Origin: an uncultured bacterium
GTDB lineage: Bacteria > Patescibacteriota > Saccharimonadia > Saccharimonadales > 2-12-FULL-41-12
DNA length: 64,000 nt
Assembly: GCA_963834265.1 (NCBI GenBank)
Contig: CAWIAU010000001.1
Span: 327,572-391,571, forward strand
Reading direction: 5' to 3'
Shown: piece by piece, positions 32,001-43,300 of the stretch
Position numbering within the stretch: the stretch's first letter is position 1
How the letters are laid out: each line of letters opens with the position of its first letter
Notes under the pieces: generated by a model
Database searches by the model: none
Seen by the model: the letters and a program-made list of their open reading frames with translations, nothing else
Told to the model about the DNA's origin: nothing
Program-made: the position numbers and the translations under genes

Positions 32001-33200
32001 GTCGGGTATATTAATATAAATGCTGAGAGCACGGGCACGAACGAAGTTGGCGGAAAGTTTAGCGTAACGCTTTATGATCCTGTAGATAATGTTATGTATG
32101 ACAGGTTGAATATACGTCAAAACGGTAGAGTAGGAATAGGAACTGTTAATCCTGGTTCTCGCCTTGAAGTTTACGCGTATGACGCAGGTTCGACTGCGGA
32201 TGCCTTTATAATCTCCACCGATGTTGGTGGAGCACAAGACAAAAAGTTCAAGGTTCGTGGCGACGGTAACGTATATGCCGACGGCTCGTACAACTGCGGT
32301 TTAGGCGGTAGTTGCTTTAACTCTGGTATTGGAGCTGATGTTGCTGAGAAATACCGTAATCATGACGGATCGGAACCCGGCGACGTTCTAGTATTTAGCA
32401 GTAAAGATACGGTAGTAAAGAGCAGTCAGCCTAAACAAGTAAGGTTGGCCGGTGTTGTATCAACAACCCCAGGAGTAGTTTTGGCAAGTGACACCGAGGG
32501 TGTAGCTCTGGCATTATCGGGCCGGGTTCCTGTAAAAGTCACTAATGAGGGAGGTCCGATCCTGCCCGGTGATTACCTGACTAGTTCATCAACTCCAGGC
32601 AAGGCAATGAAAGCTATCGGAACCGGACAAGTCATAGGCCAAGCGCTAGAAGGACTTTCCGGTGCGTCGGGTACAATCGAAATGTTTGTAAACAACACGT
32701 ATTACAATCCTGCCAGCGCTCAAGAACTACAAGGCGGAGGAGAAGGAAACTTTACTGGTTTGAACGTTAGCGGCTTAACCACGCTAGAAGACCTTAAAGT
32801 AACCGGAACAGCAACAGTCGGAACATTGGTGGTTACAGGAAACGCAACCTTTAAGGGAAATATAATTATCGAAGGCCACATTATTACATCCGGAACTACT
32901 CCTGCCGGAAATGTGCTGGGCGCAGCGGGTGTTGGTGGATCAGTTAGCATAGAAGGTAACGATACGGCTGGAACCATTACCGTAACCACTGGCTCAGCTC
33001 CATCTGCAGGAGAATTAGCTAACGCTGTATTCAGCAAGACTTTTGGTAAAAAGCCGAACATTAACCTTACTCCCGTTTCCGAAGCAGCTGCCGCAGCAGA
33101 TTACTACTACACATCAACTCCCCAGGACTTCAAGCTCAAATTCAGCAGCCTGCCACTACCGAACACAGTGTATGTATACTCATATTTCACAGTTGAATAA
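20067..33200 (+). CDS. giant surface fibre-like repeat protein 2 (4377 aa), type II anchored
   Basis: An uninterrupted 13.1-kb ORF. It has a ~95-aa polar N-terminal tail followed by a TM segment (aa ~98-119). It carries an 864-bp tandem array, a C1q/TNF-like jelly-roll-type segment, a Gly run and a C-terminal module shared with giant 3. Confidence 0.9.
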   Translation: MQKDSTSVSDNTTDVHPNVNRADIYNSVGNSASVTNVYSSQSMEVRDPEQAENYVRNSIESSQLDESDGIADYTDAQFHNPDESPKKAVLSLSTKKATVVSSIITAIVLILVTGTSILLSHNQRISDQNRHQAPSQQIDIKVTNNESTPPELTGAQESLLVSGDIITKGNFKVSSKGYITILSPDNLTADQAYTLPDSSGVFCLSSNNCSYGGLAELTKAQADIAGLQNSLGQIVIPSAQTFPAVPPSSLINNQRGAVSIQGTSNQISVTTGSGVITLATPQDLATVSSPGFASLFLSGNLTVNGNLTLPLNCSTSANGGTLTTTAGGQVICADDDGGAGSSISGSGTVGAIAVFTGAQTIADSIISQALGIVTISGALNVTGALSAASLSLSTPLSVPNGGTGATAFAANGLLLGNGAGAVATVAAPASGQILLGNGTTPVFTTVSGDVAVNGTGITTIQANSVDLGVDTTGNYVASITAGNGLSVGGAAGEGSSHTLSVIYGSAANTAVQGNTTLTCPSGTGNLSGGGNSVVFGAGGACTDLSVVSAPTFAGLLSANGGLTVEAGDTFTVNGDVFTDLTGTGLSILSGVLSLANTAVTPSTYGNSTSVAQFTVDQQGRITSASNVAITGLDSCSSCAPASGGNYIAKNAQDTSSASFLGSLLSLTNSNTGAAGVLGLTSSGTSSALRVTQSGNPTAGQALILANNTNGTPTGNLLDLQTNGTSRFSVNAAGTATAVAFSGNGSAVTNVDAALLNGQAGSYYRNATNINAGTLGVGFGGTGTTSLTANGVLFGNGAGAIGATAAGTTGQCLLANTGAAPTWGACTGAGGVASLEGMTGAILIDNATGLSGVVTIDNASTTAKGIASFNSSHFSTSAGAVSLANTAVTPSTYGNSTSVAQFTVDQQGRITSASNVAITGLDSCSSCAPASGGNYIAKNAQDTSSASFLGSLLSLTNSNTGAAGVLGLTSSGTSSALRVTQSGNPTAGQALILANNTNGTPTGNLLDLQTNGTSRFSVNAAGTATAVAFSGNGSAVTNVDAALLNGQAGSYYRNATNINAGTLANTYLVNAGALTVTAGGGLINGGSVALGASTALNIGAGDGITVNTDDVAVDASVCRTSGNCAGVGGTGDVLQGGNSFVSTDLTLGTNNAQSLQLETNNVTRLTINTSGLLNLSAYGSGGQNCVGLGNSGKLTTDASGNVVCATDVGGAGGTIGGSGTAGALAKFTGANTIGDSIITESGATVTVAGTLVATALQGNGSAITNLNGSSISSGTVANTYLVNAGALTVSAGTGLSGGGSVALGGSATLSLANTAVTPSTYGNSTSVAQFTVDQQGRITSASNVAITGLDSCSSCAPASGGNYIAKNAQDTSSASFLGSLLSLTNSNTGAAGVLGLTSSGTSSALRVTQSGNPTAGQALILANNTNGTPTGNLLDLQTNGTSRFSVNAAGTATAVAFSGNGSAVTNVDAALLNGQAGSYYRNATNINAGTLGVGFGGTGTTSLTANGVLFGNGAGAIGATAAGTTGQCLLANTGAAPTWGACTGAGGVASLEGMTGAILIDNATGLSGVVTIDNASTTAKGIASFNSSHFSTSAGAVSLANTAVTPSTYGNSTSVAQFTVDQQGRITSASNVAITGLDSCSSCAPASGGNYIAKNAQDTSSASFLGSLLSLTNSNTGAAGVLGLTSSGTSSALRVTQSGNPTAGQALILANNTNGTPTGNLLDLQTNGTSRFSVNAAGTATAVAFSGNGSAVTNVDAALLNGQAGSYYRNATNINAGTLGVGFGGTGTTSLTANGVLFGNGAGAIGATAAGTTGQCLLANTGAAPTWGACTGAGGVASLEGMTGAILIDNATGLSGVVTIDNASTTAKGIASFNSSHFSTSAGAVSLANTAVTPSTYGNSTSVAQFTVDQQGRITSASNVAITGLDSCSSCAPASGGNYIAKNAQDTSSASFLGSLLSLTNSNTGAAGVLGLTSSGTSSALRVTQSGNPTAGQALILANNTNGTPTGNLLDLQTNGTSRFSVNAAGTATAVAFSGNGSAVTNVDAALLNGQAGSYYRNATNINAGTLGVGFGGTGTTSLTANGVLFGNGAGAIGATAAGTTGQCLLANTGAAPTWGACTGAGGVASLEGMTGAILIDNATGLSGVVTIDNASTTAKGIASFNSSHFSTSAGAVSLANTAVTPSTYGNSTSVAQFTVDQQGRITSASNVAITGLDSCSSCAPASGGNYIAKNAQDTSSASFLGSLLSLTNSNTGAAGVLGLTSSGTSSALRVTQSGNPTAGQALILANNTNGTPTGNLLDLQTNGTSRFSVNAAGTATAVAFSGNGSAVTNVDAALLNGQAGSYYRNATNINAGTLGVGFGGTGTTSLTANGVLFGNGAGAIGATAAGTTGQCLLANTGAAPTWGACTGAGGVASLEGMTGAILIDNATGLSGVVTIDNASTTAKGIASFNSSHFSTSAGAVSLANTAVTPSTYGNSTSVAQFTVDQQGRITSASNVAITGFQASDSTLTSLAAYNTNGILVQTAPDTFTGRTIVAGSTKLSVINGDGVASNPSLDVIEANLVLNNIGGTLNVNKGGTGAVSFGANGVLYGNGTGAITATAAGANGQCLLGNTGLAPTWGNCTGSGAVNSITGTAGGSVAAVGAITINDALTTSSAITINNATTTTKGIASFNTSDFSLASGAVSLAAVVTKLGSMIESSEITDGTIANVDLANSSVNFGGVSVALGASDLTPAFDLTDAINLNILTGTTGTLTVARGGTGATSFTAGGILYGNGTGAITTSGILANGQLLIGDGSGAPTVATLTQGTGIIITNGAGSIMVEVDSSTVCMYGFFCGGGGSDPDLATIELDNLSNVAINTSLLPDIAGAISLGSSAKPFANLYIGSAATNNIRITGTAAAARVYTIPDVGGNYDFCLTSGNCAGSGSGLTGSGTNGKIAKFTGTGSLGDSILTESGSVISLAGTLSATTIQGDGSGLTNLDAGDINSGILGVARGGSGAGTFTANGVLFGNGTSALGVTAAGTTGQCLLATTSAAPSWGTCTGVGSGVTSIDGQTGAVSINNATGTGAVITIDDATTTTKGIASFASADFDVSAGAITLDTVVTKQGNTFNGVSQLIQTTAAGAFPALSGVNITNLNGTNVNSGLVGVAYGGTGISTVPTNGKLLIGNGTGYASANLTSSNSSVTITNGAGTIDLVVPGAGTCGSCVALKATTPDTAQTGHINVSGTIIAGFFQGNGSNLTNLDAGDINSGILLVGRGGTGITTTPTNGQLLIGNGTNYTAANLTSNDSTVVITNGSGTINLSAPGSGTCAACVSLQPTTGSPQTGHINVSGTVTAGNFSGVGTNLTSLNGSSISSGTVIATVGGTGHTTYAIGDLLYANTTTSLARRAAVAIGSCLISQGVSTAPIWGSCGSGVNAIGTFDSNGSGAQGATISGSSLFLQSATASVPGLVNTSGTQIFGGIKTFNGIINANATGKTAIQIADSGGQSSGITIGGDTNLYRSAGSTLRTDTTFTAGNSIVSYQGTTAQISLQNNIPTPGLPTIYFGNAQDTNLYRSGGGTLKTDGNFEANNILLPSGGILQSTGYLQLISGATNDQILFKSNGGTVENARFNSSGVFVLGPTNQIGWSASGGSGTPDTNLYRAAAGNLLKTDDSFEAIGTINSVGGYQANGVSGISATCAAGEALQGATISGGIVTAGTCVSNADASARVTHNASQSVNSTLAALVFNTETYDTNNLHSTSSNTSRLTAPVAGTYVISAGVTFSDGNEDRNLQIRLNGTTTYISKDSLDSQASGSMTTTTTYYLNANDYVEVMASSTGLSETVAANSVSQPLYFSMTKVGSSSGGGGGGGDLQAAYNLSGSPATIATTSTLKDIIFKSGVGFDAPNFFRIQNGAGVEFFSANSTNGRIGLGTISPSMRLHIQGNDYLSSSLMLDRSSSDDLSSEIRFHKSRGTPTSRTDVLANDLVARMTGYGYKDGAYRDVGYININAESTGTNEVGGKFSVTLYDPVDNVMYDRLNIRQNGRVGIGTVNPGSRLEVYAYDAGSTADAFIISTDVGGAQDKKFKVRGDGNVYADGSYNCGLGGSCFNSGIGADVAEKYRNHDGSEPGDVLVFSSKDTVVKSSQPKQVRLAGVVSTTPGVVLASDTEGVALALSGRVPVKVTNEGGPILPGDYLTSSSTPGKAMKAIGTGQVIGQALEGLSGASGTIEMFVNNTYYNPASAQELQGGGEGNFTGLNVSGLTTLEDLKVTGTATVGTLVVTGNATFKGNIIIEGHIITSGTTPAGNVLGAAGVGGSVSIEGNDTAGTITVTTGSAPSAGELANAVFSKTFGKKPNINLTPVSEAAAAADYYYTSTPQDFKLKFSSLPLPNTVYVYSYFTVE
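20437..21086 (+). repeat. 650-bp dispersed repeat, identical to 34654..35303 (5' region of giant gene 3)
   Basis: I compared the nucleotide lines directly at several points. The encoded 216 aa are identical in both ORFs. Confidence 0.9.
21841..23253 (+). repeat. tandem repeat block A, 864-bp (288-aa) unit, ~1.6 copies
   Basis: Unit starts at 21841 and 22705. The second copy is truncated at 23253 by a 737-bp unique insert. Confidence 0.9.
23991..27562 (+). repeat. tandem repeat block B, the same 864-bp unit, ~4.1 copies, no differences seen
   Basis: Unit phase at 23989, 24853, 25717, 26581 and 27445. Antisense ORFs at 24149, 25013, 25877 and 26741 are identical. Confidence 0.9.
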
Positions 33201-33369
33201 AGCAGTATAGATTACAACAAAATCTCAAATATATATCAAAATTCAGAGAGTACAAATTTTGCTTTGATAAATCTGAATGGTAGTTAAACCCTAACAATCT
33301 GCTGTAGCTCTTGCCAAGCTAGAGTACTCATATCATACTGATAAACGAAAGCACTATGCAAAAACGCTC

Positions 33370-34194
33370 ATGCGGTACAAAATAACGCTCAAACATACAG
33401 TTCTTCCGTTACTGTTATTTTCTATTACAGCTGCGATAATAATTGTCAGTATATCAGCACATGCAATAACCAGGGGTTATTTATCAGATGATGACGGGTT
33501 GCAACCGGGCATGCTGGTTAAAATAAGTGACGATAGCAATCCTGATACGCCTAAAGTCGAACGGGCTACGCTCGATCAAGCCGATAAAATCATTGGTGTG
33601 GCCACTACCACCGGTGAAAGCACAGTTACAATAGCTTCAGCTGATCAGTCGGTATATGTAGAAACTACCGGAGAAGTTAATGCTTATGTTTCTGATATGT
33701 TCGGGGAAGTAAAAGAAGGTGATTTATTAGTGGTCTCGCCGCTAAATGGCGTAATGGCGAAATATACAAGTGGCGCAGCAGTTATATTCGCGCTGGCGCT
33801 GGAAGATTCTGCGCCCAAATCCGGCGACTCGTACGAAATCCAAACTCCGGAGGGCAAAAAAAACACAAAACTTAGTCTGATAAAGGTTAACTTGGATCAA
33901 AAGGGCTCGGATGGATTGAGTAAAGTCCCCACATCATTGGAAAAACTTGGCAAATCTATTACAGGCAAAGAAGTTAACGAGTTGCGAGTAATTGTGGCTT
34001 TGCTTATATTTATTATTGTTTTGATCGTTGAGGGGGCAATATTGTATGGGTCTATCTCCAGTGCGGTTACCTCGATAGGACGAAATCCGTTGGCTAGCAA
34101 GGTAATTAGGCGAGAACTTATCAAGGTCATGACAATCGCATTCCTGGTTATGTTGATAGGGCTGGGCTCTATCTATCTTGTTCTGTGGGTATAA
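33370..34194 (+). CDS. membrane protein (N-terminal anchor plus 2 C-terminal TM helices) carrying the module found near the C-termini of giants 2 and 3
   Basis: 274 aa. The segment GMLVKIS...IGVATT...GEVNAYVSDMFGEVKEGDLLVVSPLNGVMAKY...ALALE aligns with GDVLVFS...AGVVSTTPG...[32 protein letters not shown]...GQALE of giant 2. Confidence 0.8.
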   Translation: MRYKITLKHTVLPLLLFSITAAIIIVSISAHAITRGYLSDDDGLQPGMLVKISDDSNPDTPKVERATLDQADKIIGVATTTGESTVTIASADQSVYVETTGEVNAYVSDMFGEVKEGDLLVVSPLNGVMAKYTSGAAVIFALALEDSAPKSGDSYEIQTPEGKKNTKLSLIKVNLDQKGSDGLSKVPTSLEKLGKSITGKEVNELRVIVALLIFIIVLIVEGAILYGSISSAVTSIGRNPLASKVIRRELIKVMTIAFLVMLIGLGSIYLVLWV

Positions 34195-34217
34195 AGGTAA
34201 AACCAGTATAATTTAGC

Positions 34218-34228
34218 TGTGGATAACT
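34218..34228 (+). promoter_or_regulatory. DnaA-box-like 11-mer TGTGGATAACT next to TATAAT (34206-34211), upstream of giant gene 3
   Basis: A perfect TGTGGATAA 9-mer. The extended 11-mer equals the reverse complement of 4071-4081, upstream of giant gene 1. Confidence 0.3.
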
Positions 34229-34352
34229 TTGATGATATTATTGTTCAAAAGCTTGCTCATATCTTATATATTGCTTAAAATTCGAATGGGAAATTCCAGC
34301 AAATAACTGGTAAAACAAAAATTTCTAAAATATAAAAATAAAATAAAAAACC

Positions 34353-37300
34353 ATGAAAACAGATTCGGCCTTTGGGTCGAACGTAAAACATGACGTTTCC
34401 GGCAACGTTATTCGGGCTGATATATACGAATCGGTTAGTGATTTGACGACCCAAAAGTATCCGGAAACGGATTCGCTGGAAGTTCACGACCTAAACCAGA
34501 ATACACGATACTCATATCCGCAGGATGATGCTCAAATTTCTACGAAGCAACTTATGGCCATATCGCCAAAAAGGGCTGTCCTGATAGCCACGATCATTAC
34601 GGGTATTGTTCTGGTTATTACAGTTTTTTCCTCTATCTTACTTGGCCGTAACAGTATCTCCGACCAAAACCGTCACCAGGCCCCCTCCCAGCAGATAGAT
34701 ATCAAAGTAACTAACAACGAATCTACTCCTCCTGAACTCACCGGAGCTCAGGAATCTCTCCTCGTCAGCGGTGACATTATCACCAAAGGTAACTTCAAGG
34801 TCAGTAGCAAAGGCTACATCACCATCCTGAGCCCTGACAACCTGACAGCTGATCAGGCCTATACACTACCAGACTCTTCCGGAGTCTTCTGTCTCAGCAG
34901 TAACAACTGTAGCTATGGTGGTCTGGCAGAACTCACCAAAGCTCAGGCAGATATTGCCGGTCTGCAGAACAGTCTGGGGCAGATTGTTATCCCGTCTGCC
35001 CAGACTTTTCCGGCTGTTCCGCCCTCCAGTCTAATCAACAATCAACGGGGAGCTGTAAGCATACAGGGTACCTCCAATCAGATCTCAGTCACGACAGGTA
35101 GTGGTGTCATAACACTGGCTACTCCCCAGGATCTGGCAACTGTCAGCTCCCCCGGCTTTGCCAGCCTGTTCCTGTCCGGCAATCTCACCGTCAACGGCAA
35201 CCTGACTTTACCTCTGAACTGTAGCACCAGTGCCAATGGCGGTACTCTGACCACCACAGCAGGAGGACAGGTTATCTGTGCCGATGATGACGGGGGAGCT
35301 GGCGCAGCAATCAATGGTTCCGGCACTGTCGGCACTCTGGCGGTCTTTACTGCCGCCCAGACAATTGCCTCACTGACCGGTCCGTCTGACGGCCAGATCC
35401 TCCTCGGCAACGGCACTACACCGACATTCACTACCATCGGCGGTGACGCAACTGTCAGCGGGGCGGGAACAGTCACCATTCAGGCCAATGCTGTGGCCTT
35501 GGGAGTCGATACAACAGGGAATTACGTAGCAGACATTACCGCCGGCAACGGTATCAGTGTCACCGGCGGAGCAGCAGAAGGCAGTACGCCTACAGTAAGC
35601 GTGGTCTACGGCTCAGCCGCTAACACAGCAGTACAGGGTAATACTGTTCTGACCTGTCCGGCCGGATCCGGCAATCTGACGGGAGGAGGTAATAACGTAA
35701 CCCTAGGAGCGGGGGGCTCCTGCGGAGCTTTGAGTGTAGTGGGGAGTCCTATGTTTAGCGGTACATTAGCCGTTCAGGGTGCAACGATAACAATTGGAAC
35801 AGCTGCACAGCAGGGAACTCTAATACTTAATGACGGGTCTTCGAATACAGGGAGCCTGGCAGTATCAGCCTTGGGGCAGGATACGTTATATACTTTGCCG
35901 GATGCCGGCGGAGGCACAGCTACAATATGTCTGAGTACCGGCAACTGTCTGGGTGGTGGTGCCGGCGGTGCGAATACCGCTCTCAGCAACCTTACCAGCG
36001 TAGCAATCAACACCAGCTTATTAAGTGGTTCGGCTACTATTGATCTTGGCTCACAGACTAATCCGTTCCGCGATTTGTATCTCGGTGGCACAGGTACCAA
36101 CAATTTTCGCATTACCGGCACAGCCACTGTGCCGAGGACTATTACGATACCTGACGCTACAGGAGATATATGTCTGAGTAGTGGCAACTGCGCCGGCGTA
36201 GGTGGTACCGGAGATATAGTTGGTAATGGCACAAGCGGTACTATCGCCCGATTTAGTGGCACCAAGAGCATCGTAGACTCTATTATTACGGAATTAGGCA
36301 ATACTATTACAGTGACAGGTACTCTCAATGCGACAACTGCGTTACAAACGGCCGGTACAACTCGTATTACCAGCGGAGGTGTATTACAAAATGTCAGCAA
36401 TGCCGACGCTTCCAACTTCTTTACCGGTGGAGCTCTGTCTGTTGCCCGCGGCGGTACTGGGACAGGATCTACTCCTACCAACGGACAACTATTGATAGGG
36501 AATGGCACCGGCTATACGCTCGCTACTCTGGCTTCCGGTGATTCCACAGTAACTATTACCAATGGTTCAGGCACGATTGATCTGAGTGTTCCATTGGCCG
36601 GTACCTGCGCCGCCTGCGTAGCATTGCAGGGCGCGACGCCGGGAATTGCTCAGACTGGGCATATTAATATTACCGGCACTATTATTGCCGGCTTCTTTAG
36701 CGGCAACGGTACTTCCCTGAATAACCTGGCAGCTGGTGCTATCACGACCGGTACACTCAACGACACTCGTCTCAGCGGCAATGTTTCATTACTTGGCCAG
36801 ACTATCGGGCTCGCCGAGCTGGAAGCTGACTCCGTCAATGGCAGCAAGGTTGTCGATGGCTCCATTGGTAATATCGATCTGACGAATCCCGGCCTGAGTG
36901 TTTCGGCTGGCGGAGGATTGATTAACGGCGGCCTAGTGAATCTCGGCGCATCCGTCACTCTTAATATAGGAGCAGGTGATGGAATCACGGTCAATGCTGA
37001 TGACGTGGCTGTCGATGCTACCGTTTGCCGCACGACAGGCAACTGTCTGGGTGGACCGGGTGGTGGAGCGAGTGTTTCATTATCCAATCTAGCTTCCGTA
37101 GCCATTAACACCAGCCTGCTGTCCGGCTCAGCTACAATTGACCTTGGCAGCAATACCAATCCGTTCCGCGACCTCTACGTAGGCGGTACTGCTACCAATA
37201 ACATCCGTATCACCGGCACATCAGCCGGAGCCCGTGTCTACACCCTGCCTGATGTCGGCAGTGCCGCTGATTTCTGTCTGAGCACCGGCAACTGCGTCGG

Positions 37301-40300
37301 TGGGGCAGGTGGCGCACCAAATAGCGCTGCTTACTTAACTATTGGCAACAATGCTACATTAACCGGTGAACGAGCTATTACAGCCGGCACCAACCTCAGT
37401 GCGGTAGATGGCGGCGCTGACGGCGCCTACACCCTGAATGTCGTAAACAACCCGACGTTCTCCGGTCTTATTACCGCCCAGGCCGGCATAAGCGTCACTG
37501 CCGGCCAGACCCTGACCGTCAACGGTGACGCCTTCACCGATCTGACCGGCACCGGCCTGACCATTACCGGCGGAGCACTACAGGCCAGTCTCGGTACCAG
37601 TGTAGACCTTACAACAGAAGTTACCGGTACTTTACCGGTAACAGGCGGCGGTACCGGCCAGACCAGCTACACTGACGGCCAGCTGTTGATTGGTAACAGT
37701 GTCGGCAATACTCTCAGCAAAGCTACCTTAACCGCCGGTGTCGGCGTCAATATTGTCAACGGCAACGGTACAATCACTATTAGTTCTCCCGGCTCCGGTA
37801 CCTGTGCTGCGTGTGCGAACACCTCTCTGAGTAACCTCGCTTCCGTAGCCATTAACACCAGCCTGCTGTCCGGCTCAGCTATAATTGACCTTGGCAGCAA
37901 TACCAATCCGTTCCGCGACCTCTACGTAGGCGGTACTGCTACCAATAACATCCGTATCACCGGCACATCAGCCGGAGCCCGTGTCTACACCCTGCCTGAT
38001 GTCGGCAGTGCCGCTGATTTCTGTCTGAGCACCGGCAACTGCGTCGGTGGGGCAGGTGGCGCACCAAATAGCGCTGCTTACTTAACTATTGGCAACAATG
38101 CTACATTAACCGGTGAACGAGCTATTACAGCCGGCACCAACCTCAGTGCGGTAGATGGCGGCGCTGACGGCGCCTACACCCTGAATGTCGTAAACAACCC
38201 GACGTTCTCCGGTCTTATTACCGCCCAGGCCGGCATAAGCGTCACTGCCGGCCAGACCCTGACCGTCAACGGTGACGCCTTCACCGATCTGACCGGCACC
38301 GGCCTGACCATTACCGGCGGAGCACTACAGGCCAGTCTCGGTACCAGTGTAGACCTTACAACAGAAGTTACCGGTACTTTACCGGTAACAGGCGGCGGTA
38401 CCGGCCAGACCAGCTACACTGACGGCCAGCTGTTGATTGGTAACAGTGTCGGCAATACTCTCAGCAAAGCTACCTTAACCGCCGGTGTCGGCGTCAATAT
38501 TGTCAACGGCAACGGTACAATCACTATTAGTTCTCCCGGCTCCGGTACCTGTGCTGCGTGTGCGAACACCTCTCTGAGTAACCTCGCTTCCGTAGCCATT
38601 AACACCAGCCTGCTGTCCGGCTCAGCTATAATTGACCTTGGCAGCAATACCAATCCGTTCCGCGACCTCTACGTAGGCGGTACTGCTACCAATAACATCC
38701 GTATCACCGGCACATCAGCCGGAGCCCGTGTCTACACCCTGCCTGATGTCGGCAGTGCCGCTGATTTCTGTCTGAGCACCGGCAACTGCGTCGGTGGGGC
38801 AGGTGGCGCACCAAATAGCGCTGCTTACTTAACTATTGGCAACAATGCTACATTAACCGGTGAACGAGCTATTACAGCCGGCACCAACCTCAGTGCGGTA
38901 GATGGCGGCGCTGACGGCGCCTACACCCTGAATGTCGTAAACAACCCGACGTTCTCCGGTCTTATTACCGCCCAGGCCGGCATAAGCGTCACTGCCGGCC
39001 AGACCCTGACCGTCAACGGTGACGCCTTCACCGATCTGACCGGCACCGGCCTGACCATTACCGGCAACGCCCTGGCCAGCACTCTCGGCACCTCCGTCGA
39101 TCTGAACAGTGCCGAAGTAACCAACACCCTGCAGCTTGGTAACGGCGGCACCGGCGCCACCACCTCCCAGGCGGCGATTAACAATATCTCCCAGCTGACC
39201 ACGGAAGGTGATCTCTTATTCAGAAATGCTACCAACTCTACCCGGCTGGCCCGGGGCACCAACGGCCAGTGCCTGACTTCCAATGCCACGACTGTCGTCT
39301 GGGGTACCTGCCAGCCCGGCGGTTCCGGCGTCACAACCATCGGCGCCCTAGACGGCGGCACGGCCAACGCCAACGGCGCGACCATCAGCGGCGTCAACCT
39401 CTTCCTCCAGAGCGCCGACGCCTCCTTCGCCGGCCTGGTCAACACCGGCACTCAGACTTTTGCCGGTGCCAAGACGTTCACCGGCAACGCTATCCTGCAG
39501 GGCGATACGACCATCGGCGACGCCGGTACTGATCTCCTGACTATTAGCGCGACTATACAGGGAGCTAACCCGTTAGTCTTTGAAGGCGCCACAGCCGACG
39601 GCTTCGAAACCACTCTGGCTATAGCAGATCCGACGGCTGACGTTACCTACCGGTTCGCGTCGACTACCACCGGTACCTACGACATTTGTACTACTACCGG
39701 CAACTGCGTCGGCGCTGGAGGCGGAACGGCTCCCAATAACGGCGAGTACATTACCTACAGTGCTAATGCCACCTTGTCAGCCGAGCGGGTACTGACCGGC
39801 GGCAGTAACATCAGTGCCATAGATCTCGGTACGCCCGGTCAGGCTATTATTAATGTCGCTAGCGCCCCAACCTTCACCGGCCTGCTAAGTGCCAACGGCG
39901 GCTTAACCGTTGAAGCGGGGGATACCTTTACCGTCAACGGTGACGCCTTCACCGATCTGACCGGCACCGGCCTGACCATTACCGGCAACGCCCTGGCCAG
40001 CACTCTCGGCACCTCCGTCGATCTGAACAGTGCCGAAGTAACCAACACCCTGCAGCTTGGTAACGGCGGCACCGGCGCCACCACCTCCCAGGCGGCGATT
40101 AACAATATCTCCCAGCTGACCACGGAAGGTGATCTCTTATTCAGAAATGCTACCAACTCTACCCGGCTGGCCCGGGGCACCAACGGCCAGTGCCTGACTT
40201 CCAATGCCACGACTGTCGTCTGGGGTACCTGCCAGCCCGGCGGTTCCGGCGTCACAACCATCGGCGCCCTAGACGGCGGCACGGCCAACGCCAACGGCGC

Positions 40301-43300
40301 GACCATCAGCGGCGTCAACCTCTTCCTCCAGAGCGCCGACGCCTCCTTCGCCGGCCTGGTCAACACCGGCACTCAGACTTTTGCCGGTGCCAAGACGTTC
40401 ACCGGCAACGCTATCCTGCAGGGCGATACGACCATCGGCGACGCCGGTACTGATCTCCTGACTATTAGCGCGACTATACAGGGAGCTAACCCGTTAGTCT
40501 TTGAAGGCGCCACAGCCGACGGCTTCGAAACCACTCTGGCTATAGCAGATCCGACGGCTGACGTTACCTACCGGTTCGCGTCGACTACCACCGGTACCTA
40601 CGACATTTGTACTACTACCGGCAACTGCGTCGGCGCTGGAGGCGGAACGGCTCCCAATAACGGCGAGTACATTACCTACAGTGCTAATGCCACCTTGTCA
40701 GCCGAGCGGGTACTGACCGGCGGCAGTAACATCAGTGCCATAGATCTCGGTACGCCCGGTCAGGCTATTATTAATGTCGCTAGCGCCCCAACCTTCACCG
40801 GCCTGCTAAGTGCCAACGGCGGCTTAACCGTTGAAGCGGGGGATACCTTTACCGTCAACGGTGACGCCTTCACCGATCTGACCGGCACCGGCCTGACCAT
40901 TACCGGCAACGCCCTGGCCAGCACTCTCGGCACCTCCGTCGATCTGAACAGTGCCGAAGTAACCAACACCCTGCAGCTTGGTAACGGCGGCACCGGCGCC
41001 ACCACCTCCCAGGCGGCGATTAACAATATCTCCCAGCTGACCACGGAAGGTGATCTCTTATTCAGAAATGCTACCAACTCTACCCGGCTGGCCCGGGGCA
41101 CCAACGGCCAGTGCCTGACTTCCAATGCCACGACTGTCGTCTGGGGTACCTGCCAGCCCGGCGGTTCCGGCGTCACAACCATCGGCGCCCTAGACGGCGG
41201 CACGGCCAACGCCAACGGCGCGACCATCAGCGGCGTCAACCTCTTCCTCCAGAGCGCCGACGCCTCCTTCGCCGGCCTGGTCAACACCGGCACTCAGACT
41301 TTTGCCGGTGCCAAGACGTTCACCGGCAACGCTATCCTGCAGGGCGATACGACCATCGGCGACGCCGGTACTGATCTCCTGACTATTAGCGCGACTATAC
41401 AGGGAGCTAACCCGTTAGTCTTTGAAGGCGCCACAGCCGACGGCTTCGAAACCACTCTGGCTATAGCAGATCCGACGGCTGACGTTACCTACCGGTTCGC
41501 GTCGACTACCACCGGTACCTACGACATTTGTACTACTACCGGCAACTGCGTCGGCGCTGGAGGCGGAACGGCTCCCAATAACGGCGAGTACATTACCTAC
41601 AGTGCTAATGCCACCTTGTCAGCCGAGCGGGTACTGACCGGCGGCAGTAACATCAGTGCCATAGATCTCGGTACGCCCGGTCAGGCTATTATTAATGTCG
41701 CTAGCGCCCCAACCTTCACCGGCCTGCTAAGTGCCAACGGCGGCTTAACCGTTGAAGCGGGGGATACCTTTACCGTCAACGGTGACGCCTTCACCGATCT
41801 GACCGGCACCGGCCTGACCATTACCGGCAACGCCCTGGCCAGCACTCTCGGCACCTCCGTCGATCTGAACAGTGCCGAAGTAACCAACACCCTGCAGCTT
41901 GGTAACGGCGGCACCGGCGCCACCACCTCCCAGGCGGCGATTAACAATATCTCCCAGCTGACCACGGAAGGTGATCTCTTATTCAGAAATGCTACCAACT
42001 CTACCCGGCTGGCCCGGGGCACCAACGGCCAGTGCCTGACTTCCAATGCCACGACTGTCGTCTGGGGTACCTGCCAGCCCGGCGGTTCCGGCGTCACAAC
42101 CATCGGCGCCCTAGACGGCGGCACGGCCAACGCCAACGGCGCGACCATCAGCGGCGTCAACCTCTTCCTCCAGAGCGCCGACGCCTCCTTCGCCGGCCTG
42201 GTCAACACCGGCACTCAGACTTTTGCCGGTGCCAAGACGTTCACCGGCAACGCTATCCTGCAGGGCGATACGACCATCGGCGACGCCGGTACTGATCTCC
42301 TGACTATTAGCGCGACTATACAGGGAGCTAACCCGTTAGTCTTTGAAGGCGCCACAGCCGACGGCTTCGAAACCACTCTGGCTATAGCAGATCCGACGGC
42401 TGACGTTACCTACCGGTTCGCGTCGACTACCACCGGTACCTACGACATTTGTACTACTACCGGCAACTGCGTCGGCGCTGGAGGCGGAACGGCTCCCAAT
42501 AACGGCGAGTACATTACCTACAGTGCTAATGCCACCTTGTCAGCCGAGCGGGTACTGACCGGCGGCAGTAACATCAGTGCCATAGATCTCGGTACGCCCG
42601 GTCAGGCTATTATTAATGTCGCTAGCGCCCCAACCTTCACCGGCCTGCTAAGTGCCAACGGCGGCTTAACCGTTGAAGCGGGGGATACCTTTACCGTCAA
42701 CGGTGACGCCTTCACCGATCTGACCGGCACCGGCCTGACCATTACCGGCAACGCCCTGGCCAGCACTCTCGGCACCTCCGTCGATCTGAACAGTGCCGAA
42801 GTAACCAACACCCTGCAGCTTGGTAACGGCGGCACCGGCGCCACCACCTCCCAGGCGGCGATTAACAATATCTCCCAGCTGACCACGGAAGGTGATCTCT
42901 TATTCAGAAATGCTACCAACTCTACCCGGCTGGCCCGGGGCACCAACGGCCAGTGCCTGACTTCCAATGCCACGACTGTCGTCTGGGGTACCTGCCAGCC
43001 CGGCGGTTCCGGCGTCACAACCATCGGCGCCCTAGACGGCGGCACGGCCAACGCCAACGGCGCGACCATCAGCGGCGTCAACCTCTTCCTCCAGAGCGCC
43101 GACGCCTCCTTCGCCGGCCTGGTCAACACCGGCACTCAGACTTTTGCCGGTGCCAAGACGTTCACCGGCAACGCTATCCTGCAGGGCGATACGACCATCG
43201 GCGACGCCGGTACTGATCTCCTGACTATTAGCGCGACTATACAGGGAGCTAACCCGTTAGTCTTTGAAGGCGCCACAGCCGACGGCTTCGAAACCACTCT

